Positions 55,033 through 64,000 of a stretch of DNA of 64,000 bases are shown here, in pieces (the stretch's first letter is position 1; each line of letters begins with the position of its first letter). Source of the stretch: Octopus sinensis. Its lineage: Eukaryota. The notes under the pieces are model-generated. The model had not been told where the DNA came from. It searched no databases and worked only from the letters and a program-made list of their open reading frames with translations. The stretch spans positions 73,532,001 to 73,596,000 of the forward strand of contig NC_042998.1 of the NCBI RefSeq assembly GCF_006345805.1, given 5' to 3'. A program made the translations under genes and the position numbers.

Positions 55033-56218
55033 TGTATCTCAATTTGTATGTCTTATATATGTACAGTTATGTATGTATGTGTGTATGTATGTATATATGT
55101 GTACATGCATGCATGTATGTATGTGTGTATGTATGTATATATGTGTACATGCATGCATGTATGTATGTGTACGTATGAAATTAATATATTTGTAATCGAG
55201 AAAGTAAAATCAATGATTGAAGTGAGTAAGGTTTTGTGTCAAAGTACTTATCAAAGTGAAATGCGTCTGATATGTGTTTGGCATAAAACCCTCGACCTTT
55301 GTTTCACTAATGTGACTTTATAACTGTAGAAACTGATTATAGAATGTGTTGAAACTATACGTATATACGCAGAAATATAGATATGTGCGTATGAGTGTGT
55401 GCATATATATATATATACATATATATATACATATATTTACGTGCATATATCTAAATCTATACGCGTATGCACAAATATATATCTATGTATGTATAAATAT
55501 ATATATAAACGTATACAAGTGTATGAGTATATAGATATATGTATATATATATATATATACATATATACATAAGATATATATATGCATATGATGCATACAT
55601 GTCGTGTGTGTGTCTAAGTGTGTGTGTTGTGTATATGCGTGTGTGTTGTGTATATGTGTACGTATGTGTGTGTGTGCGTGTGTGTCTGTATGCTGTATGA
55701 ATGACACATGAATATTGTTTTGCTTAAGGCGGGTCACGAAACCAATTAATACAATAGCAGGTTGTATTTCACTGCAGTTGTGTAGTCAATTTGTTAGATA
55801 ATTAGATAATTATTTAATTAATTTCTTCATTAATTCATTGATCAACTGGTTTGTCAAATTTCTTTCGTCCCAAAATGTGACCTAATCGATGGCAAAGTGC
55901 TCTCCACGTATCATATCTTTGCTAGTACACACTGCTTGTTGTTCGCTGTTTGCTCTCTGTTTAATCGTTAATTTTGCTCGTGTTGTTATTTATATTTACA
56001 TTGTGTGTTCATGTATTTACGTATCTATAATTTCATATTCGGGTAATAGATGTGTTTTGGGTGCTTTTATACGATATTTAATGTCTGAGAGGGTGTTATT
56101 AGCTTTTAAATTTGAACTTTAAACTTTAGTCTGGTTCTCTTTAGCGATGTATGTACTTTTTTATATTTCATGTAGTACGATAGATCGCCTTTCATACTGT
56201 TTAATCTTAATCATTTTG

Positions 56219-56324
<106 letters not shown>

Positions 56325-57039
56325 CATTTTATTATGTTCTTTAATGTTTTTCAATTTGGCCTTTTGTAAGGTGGAGCTTCTTTTATAGTTGATTTGATTG
56401 AGTTTCATTATAGTTTGGAGGTGACTCATTCCTCTCAAAAGTCGAGTTGTTATTCCTTTCTTCAGACCGACAAGGTTCCTGGCTCTGGCGAAAGAACTTT
56501 GACAAAGTAATCGACTTAATTATCTATTTAACTAATTATCTCGTTAATTGATATTGATAATAAAAGGGAAATTAAACACAACTAGAATGTTTTATTGCCA
56601 ACAAAATTTTCCATAAGTAAATTAATATATCATCACACTATTTTTTATGAAGAAACTTTAAAAACAAATTTTAAAAAAAAGCATATACAAGTATACATAT
56701 GTGTCTGTGTTACTGCGTATATACTGATTTATACAAGTTTATTTATATTTATGAATATAAATTCAGTGGCGTTTCCTGCGTAAATAGAAAGATAGTAAAA
56801 CATACCTAAGATATATACTTAGGCATGTTTTAGTTTCTTGTACTTATAACCTTTTCCAACCAAAACAATGCAACGTGAATGATAAAGAAGACCGGGTCAA
56901 GAGCCCTGACGGACACGAATAACATCATAAGAAGTTCGAAGGAGAATGAACAGGAAGATGCTTCAAAGATATCTAAGTCGTTGATGGCTAAAAAGCTGAC
57001 AGTAACGGTGACAGTAATACATGAGAGGTCATGTTAGAA

Positions 57040-57230
57040 GTTCTGGAAGCTGAACTGGAAAAAACAACTCGGCACTTCTATTAATAAAGCAGTTAGTATC
57101 CATGAGTCTCCAGTGGAGTTACTGAAAGCAAATAGCGACCTGAGGACGAACGTTCTTACCAAGCTCTCTAACAATATTTGTAACGGGTGAGTAGCCTACC
57201 GACTGGATTCGATCAAATATCATTGAAACG
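57040..57230 (+). pseudogene. RTE-type LINE fragment upstream of the RT domain
   Basis: NKAVSIHESPVELLKANS..VLTKLSNNI / PTDWIRSNII (cf. NKA.G.D.IP.ELLK..L..LCN.I..P.DW..S.I). Confidence 0.55.
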
Positions 57231-57457
57231 TGCGTTTGCTTTGTAAGCATTGTTAATTTACGGACATTATGATATATATTTCTTTACGATAAAGAGAAAA
57301 ATGGTGGAGTTTAGGACTGAAGCATGAAAGTTGGCGAATGGTGATGGTTGTTCTTAAAACCTCCGCCTCCCCATTATCATTGCGATGGGCATACTTATTC
57401 ATACTTATACGTCTATGTACATGTATATGTGATTTTCTGTCTGTGTGAGTTTGAACA

Positions 57458-57511
<54 letters not shown>

Positions 57512-58906
57512 GGAGGGAGAAGAAAAAAGAGAGGTCCTGTTCCATATAAACCTGGACAAATTGCTTCATGTTTATTCTCATTCTGCTGTTTGACCCCGAG
57601 ATAAAATCAATGTCTTGCTTAGAAATTCTTTACAACACACTGTTTTTAGACGAACTAAACTGTTTTTGTCAATATTTTCTTGAAATCCTCTAGTGTTTCT
57701 GAAACAAATGTATTATTTACTTGTCACATAAATATGTCAAAATTTCCATGAAACCATGTTATATACTGTTTTCGGTGTTACTGATTCAGAGGTTTTACTT
57801 GTCATGCAAATGTGTTAGTATTTTCATGAAGTTATCTTTTATGTATGAGTTTCAATTGTGCTGAAACAGAAGGCCTTATATATTTAATACTTGTATCTTA
57901 GCTAGATTAAAACAGATTAGTGGAGTATAAAGACAAGTATTGTATGAATATAAAAATATATTGACTCATATTGATATTTATTTAGTGTCACTGAAAACCT
58001 AGACCTGCGATGGCTTTCACAAATCTTGCAATGAGAATCGAACTAAGAGATTTTGCTGTTTCTACAGTTCACTTGGGAAAGGTTACTTATATAACCTACT
58101 TGCGCCAGGTTCAACTCATTTTCTTAGAGCAAAAAGCTTGATAGCCAAATAATATTTAACTTGAAGCTTGTTCAGCGTAGGTTATGCTTAGAGGCTCATA
58201 TTTAGCTGTAATTAACTTCACTGTAAGTTTGGGCCCACGGGAACTTTTGGGTAAGCTTAGATAAAAGTCGAACCAATAGGTTTCACTGTCATCTAAACAA
58301 CCCAACAATATTAAAAGGGGTTTAATAGAATACTCATACGGCCTGCGTGATGCATAAAGCGTATGTAAGACATTAATTTCTCCTGCATCTGTTTTGATCC
58401 GATAGTTTAGCATGTGTTATTAATTTAACTTCATAAACTATTGTACCACGCTGTTTAGCACCGAAGAAAAAAGGAGAAGAGAGAGAACGTGACACACAGA
58501 CAGACAAACAGAGAAACATAGAGACAGAGAAAGGAAGAGAGGTAGAGACAGCGATAGAGAGAAAGTGAGAGATAGAGAGAAAAAGTGAGAGCAGAAATGA
58601 AAGAAAGAGAAACTGAAGATAGGAAGGGAAAGAAAGATGGTGATAAGAAGGGAAGTATGAAAGAAAAAGTTCAGGACTTTTAGAAGAAATAGAAAGGGTC
58701 GTAGTGAGATAGATAAATATATAGAGGAGCCGAGGTACAGAAAGAGAGACAAACAGAGTGACAGAATCAGAGAAACAGAAAGAGTTAGAGAAAGAAAGTC
58801 ACAGAGAGTTTGTGTTCAGTCATTTGTTTCTTATAGAATAAAATGTTAAATAAATATGAACCTGCTCGACTGTGTAGGTGTTTTCTTTCTCCCTCTATTT
58901 TTCCTC

Positions 58907-58942
<36 letters not shown>

Positions 58943-59879
58943 ACTCTTTTTTTCTCTCTCTCTCTTTCTCTCAGTGTGATCTTGATAGTGTAGTGACCTC
59001 TGTAGGCTGGTATAATATTTAAACTGTAAAAAGAAAGATTACTTCCTGTCATATTCCATCCTCATTCAGCAGGACACTGTTAGCTTTCAACATTTAACAC
59101 TTTTAACCGATACTCTTATCCTCTTCCTAAGCACCAAATATAAAGGATGTCCTCTGATATTTGATTAATCGACCTCCAACTGGAGTAGATGAAAGATGAA
59201 ACTGGACGCAAAACTCTGAGCTATCACACTAACAACCACGTGTTAGATATTTACACCGACATTTCGACATCTCCAAGACGTTTTCTTTGCTATCAGTGTA
59301 AATCTTAAAAAACTTATATATCAGTTGCTGAGACAAATATGAAAGGCTTCTATGATATTAATTACAACCATTTCTTTCTATTTCCTACTTATGAGAGAAG
59401 TTGCATGTAATACTGCAAAAACAGCGGAAACTACGTTCACATGTCTAGATCAACAATCTGCCATTGCTTCCACTTTAGGTGAAACCAGATGTGACGTGCG
59501 CAAAACACCCGGTTAATATGAAAAAAAATGAAATATTGAAAAAGAGTACGTGATTAAATGAACATCAAAAGATGCGGTATCCAAGCGTAGACTTTGTTCT
59601 TATAATCAGCTTACAATAAAGTATATAAAATTTACAAAATAAAATATGTTTGTATATCTTGCATGTGAATGAGGTTGGTGTTTTGAGAAAGATCTTTCAT
59701 CGAAGAAAATGTTATGTAATTTTATTGTTTCATATTCGCAGGCTTACGCTCTGATTTCTTTTTAATGAGAAGGCTCCCTAAAGAATCATGAACTCCGTTC
59801 TCCTTCATGGCGTTGGAAGTCATCAGCAAAGGAGCTTCTGTATTTGTATCATAATTGGGCGAACAAGAAATAAATTTTA

Positions 59880-60030
59880 TCTGTCCTAAATAGCAACTTA
59901 CCCTATTAAAAAATTATGTGTACTTCGAATAATATAGTCCTAAATACACTATGTCTAAAAGAAAAAAAACGAGACGTGTATAGCTGTTAGACATTTTATT
60001 ATCGGACACTTCAATCAGGGCTGAATAAGG
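59880..60030 (+). repeat. Degenerate dispersed repeat, same family as 885-1070
   Basis: ctaaatagca..atagtcctaaatacactatgtctaaaagaaaaaaaacgagac..aatcagggctga. Confidence 0.45.
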
Positions 60031-60812
60031 TGGAACAAAAATTTATATTCCTTGAAAATTCATGGGATATTTATTTTTGTTGGCTTATTTTCCTTTAGTG
60101 TGGAATTCAAGGCATCAATAGTTTGTTTGAAATATGTACTAGTAAATATATCAGATACTTATATCTGTGTAACACTCTGAACCAAACAAAAATAGACAAT
60201 CGAGTGCATTATACTATGATTTGCATCGTTATTATTTAAGTAACCTCTGTACTGTTTCAAGTATGTTACATTTAAATATTCCATATAAATCACGTACATT
60301 TTTACAACAATCAGTAACAACAGCAGTAGCAAGAACAAGAACAATATCCAAAGCAATAATAACAACAAATGTTCCTGAAGTAGATTTCGTGCCAAATTCA
60401 ACAAGCGATTTTTTTCTTGTACTTTAGCAATCTAAAATGAAAAATGGTGAGCCTAAGACCATTCATTCCCTGGTGTGTAATCTACTTTGTTGTAAATTCC
60501 AGTTCTTTACATTAGAAATGGCGGAGATGAACATTCTTATGAACCTTTTCCTCATTAGAGTTGCACTTGCTTTTCATTTGTGCCGACATAGATAATAATA
60601 CAACTTCTAATGATGTAAAATATATTTTACAGTTAATATTACATTGCTATTGGGTAAGCTGTATATGTTATTTGCACTGCTGGTGATCTGGCAAACTCAA
60701 ATCCTGGTGCTATAGGATTAGTGAATGGGAAATTAATCACTATTGTCATCGTTTACACTTCTAACGTGGTCCATGGCTAAAACAGGTTATGAATAAAGTT
60801 ATATGCATATAT

Positions 60813-60895
<83 letters not shown>

Positions 60896-62214
60896 GTATA
60901 CATCGGTCTTCTGACTGACTTTAGAGTACCTAATTCTTCCATCTTCTGATTACTTTACCTTATTCATTCGGAATACGCAATTTCTGCACCTTGATTGTGA
61001 ATCATTATAATTAGTCCGTGACTCGTCTTGTAACTTGTCTCCCCTCAGCCTATCTTCTGTTCTACTTTCACTCTCCTTCCCTTTTCTCTTTCTCTTTTCC
61101 TTTTTGTCGCCACCAATAACACCTACACAGACTATCTTTCTTTCCTCTCCTGAGCGTCTGCTAATACATTACATGTACCACGTCCTAGCGTTGATTTTTT
61201 CATGTTTGTTCCGAATATATATGTTTACCTTAATGTCATTGCGAACACAACAGCGTTGATTCTTATAGTTTTACATCAGAATTTGAATTCTACGCGTACG
61301 TAGTTGACTTACTGCAGTATGCGATACGTAAAAGGAAACCAATATATGCCTCTCATCTCGTTTCGTTTTCTTTTAGTGGTGGGAATCTACTACTAAGAGT
61401 ATTGCTCGCCTTGTTGATTCGAGAACCGAGCTATATTTCCAAACACTTTTGAAGAAATTTAAACAAGTGAGTATTGCAGTACATGCGGTGAAACTGTTAA
61501 AAGGAGGAAATAACAAGCTTATGAGAAAAATTATGGTGACTAATCATAGAGGAATTCGTTGTCGGCAAATTAAGAGTTATATTATATGAAACATGAAGTA
61601 TTATAAAGAGCAGCAACGGAGTGCTGCTTCTTCAATTAATTTCAAAGTAATAAGAAACGGTATCATTACAATGTTTGAAATAGAACATCTTTTTCCAAGT
61701 TGGATCAAAACTTTCCATCAAAAGCTCGTTCTTCTAAGTAAAATTACAATCAAAGGACAGGTTGTTAGTCTCTTTGTAGTAGTCATAAGAAAACAGAACG
61801 GAAACAAAACTGAAGATTAAACGAACGAAATATTTTCTAGATTATTTGCTAGCTTGACAGATTTCGGAAACGATTTAAAATTTATTACTGTGAGATTGTA
61901 CGGAAAAGTACAAGAACAGTCGAAAGGAAAACTGCCAAGAATCTCAACACATGACTGACAGAAACTTGTTTGGTGAAGGAAGATAAATTCCTAGAATTTA
62001 AGCCCATATCTATTCCCAATTATTTTCTGTTCGGAGAACAATAGGATATTTTCGCATCAGCTCAATCGCCAGAACTAAAAGGCCTTCAAATAAATAGCAT
62101 TAAAGCAATCTTCATTACACTTTTTCAAATATGTTTAATAACGGCTCTCCTATATGAATATGGAATGTATTACAATATGACCCGATTAATATATTATATG
62201 CATATGATGGCAGC

Positions 62215-62306
62215 TGTTCATGTTATCCTGGGTATATATGGGTATATTGGGCTTTGTACATTTGTACTTCAGTCTCATTTTGATGGCATGCGCTGCTCTC
62301 TCACTC

Positions 62307-62307
<1 letters not shown>
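62215..62307 (+). mobile_element. Short 3' copy of the 48190-48673 repeat, ending at (AAT)n
   Basis: gggtatattgggctttgtacatttgtacttcagtctcattttgatggcatgcgctgctctctcactc-aataataat. Confidence 0.7.
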
Positions 62308-62356
<49 letters not shown>

Positions 62357-62384
62357 TGATGATGATGATGATGATGATGATAAT

Positions 62385-62650
62385 GTGAAAAGTACTGCTT
62401 GGACAGAGAACGGAAATAGTATGAACATGAACCAGAAGGTCTCACCGAGAACAAGGAATATAAGATACTATGGGATTTTATAATCCAATGTAATTGATGC
62501 CCGGACCAGATATTGTTGTAGATAAAGGGAAAAAGTAAACTAAGATTATAGATAGTGCAATACCTTGGAATGCATGCATAATTGAAAAAAAGAACTAGTA
62601 AAGATTGAAAAGTACAGACTACACTACTAAAAGACGAAATCGCAAGAAGT
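62385..62650 (+). pseudogene. R4/Dong-type restriction-like endonuclease (RLE) domain remnant
   Basis: K*YEHEPEGLTENKEYKILWD..../RPDIVV..KGKK*TKIIDSAIPW..IEKELVKIEKY (cf. KWYEH.PE.V.EN...KILWD..RPDIV....IID.A.P...KE.EK..KY). Confidence 0.8.
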
Positions 62651-62716
62651 CTTCATTTCAGGATCGATAAAATAAGTATCAGTTGAGCACTGAGGCGATG
62701 TATTCGACTTGCTCAA

Positions 62717-62751
<35 letters not shown>

Positions 62752-63168
62752 TCAGCAGAAGCAGTAGTTGTATTATCATCAGCAGCAGTAGTAGCATAAT
62801 AGTTGTGCATACACACATACTTAATGCGAAAAGATAATAAATAATGAAAAGCAGCCGTTTGTAATATTTCTGAGTTAACTTTAATTTCAATCTATTGGCA
62901 ATTTTGGAACAACCTGATGTATCTAGAAGTACGCTTCATCGAAAGACCTAACTTGTTATTGGTGCCTATATTACAAGAAGAAATATTCTAGCTGTGGCAA
63001 TATGCTATTACTAACTGCTTTATAAGCAGTAGACGTTATTCCGTTACAGAGTGAATATATTCATTATTGATGATTGAAATGAGGTCTCCAGATTACAGGA
63101 TATTAAATATTACCTATTCATAGTGTGCTTCCAATATTTGGATTGTGTGCCGAAGTGGGTGATGAAAG

Positions 63169-63222
<54 letters not shown>

Positions 63223-63409
63223 TTATATATATATAGTATTTATTATATATATTTATATAACATTTATTATGATATATATATGTATGATATATACCAGATA
63301 AGTAATGTTAGTATTAGTATTAGGGATATGGTTGATTCTGGTAAATCCTGTAATTTTAGAAACCCTAGGTTATGTCCCCTTGATGGATTCTGTCTGACTA
63401 CTAATGCTA

Positions 63410-64000
63410 TTTTTTTTTAGTTTCAGCTCACGAGCTGTGGCCATGCTGGGGCACCGCCATTTGGTGTTACTACATAATTATACTTCACAAATGCTTTTTT
63501 AGGAATTGACATTTGATGCATGAGAGAGTTTAATGCCGCGGGCACTTGACAGGGAGAGGTCCACCTTTATTTTCAAGACACCTAGATTCACCCCATGCAG
63601 GTTTCTAAGGTCCTTCGGGAGGATATGGAAGAGCTTTGGACCTCTGAAACCCAGGCTATAGCAGTATTTTGTCCTACTTCTTGACAAATTTGGAGTCCTT
63701 GGCACTATGCAGTGGCACCCAGTTCTAGTATTTGTGTAACTCTCGATGCGAGGTAATATTAACAAGTGCTTGGGACAAGTCCTTCCAGAATCTTCCAGAT
63801 GTATATTATGGCATATCTTTCTCGCCTAAACTCTAAGGAATAGAGTCTTAATCTCTTGAGCCTTTCCTTATAGCTTATATGCTGCACAGAGGCCATCTTC
63901 ATGTAGCTTCGTTGGATTGCCTCAAGTTCTGAGATTAATTTGACACTGGTTGGTGGCTATAGCTGAGAGCAATAGTCAAAGTGGCTTCGGATAAGTGTCC
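63410..64000 (-). mobile_element. CR1-type LINE 3' end, continuing beyond the window
   Basis: LIRSHFDYCSQL*PPTSVKLISELEAIQRSYMK..ISYKERLKRLRLYSLEFRRERYAIIYIWKILEGLVP..GFRGPKLFHILPKDLRNLHG; 3' tail ggcggtgccccagcatggccacagctcgtgagctgaaact followed by poly-A. Confidence 0.92.

Noticed and set aside
56435-56480. Hammerhead-like CTGAAGA AAGG.. on the minus strand
   Set aside because: The GAAA box is replaced (GACT) and the stems are incomplete. At most a decayed relic.
58156-58413. 85-aa minus-strand ORF
   Set aside because: No recognisable motif or splice signals, and the length is within chance expectation.

Overview
AT-rich eukaryotic DNA dominated by microsatellites and decayed transposons. 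The repeat families look like those of Octopus or another coleoid cephalopod; this is pattern recognition from memory, not a database match. I recognise no host protein-coding exon, rRNA, tRNA gene or CRISPR array. The ORF-track entries are either microsatellite read-throughs ([16 protein letters not shown]) or fragments of dead transposase and retrotransposon ORFs. Recognisable elements: a near full-length Tc1 pseudogene (49.4-50.6 kb); several mariner derivatives (33.5-34.6, 41.0-41.7, 53.0-53.8 kb); a Tigger/pogo remnant (21.7-22.6 kb); CR1-type LINEs (23.2-24.2, 63.4-64.0 kb); R4/Dong-type and HERO-type RLE retrotransposon remnants; RTE remnants; many tRNA-head SINEs; and small hairpin MITEs. 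The most interesting signal is a set of short, (TA)n-embedded repeats from several different families that carry type I hammerhead-ribozyme-like cores (CUGANGA-stem II-GAAA-short stem III-NUH). The best examples are 54885-54945 and 16763-16815, both on the minus strand. Two loci are head-to-head fold-backs of such hammerhead-bearing ends: a perfect 42-bp-arm palindrome at 42228-42313 and an inverted pair at 50704-50845. This fits Penelope-like element termini or retrozyme-like elements, a class known in animals. I cannot claim a new system, only that this cephalopod-type repertoire deserves testing.
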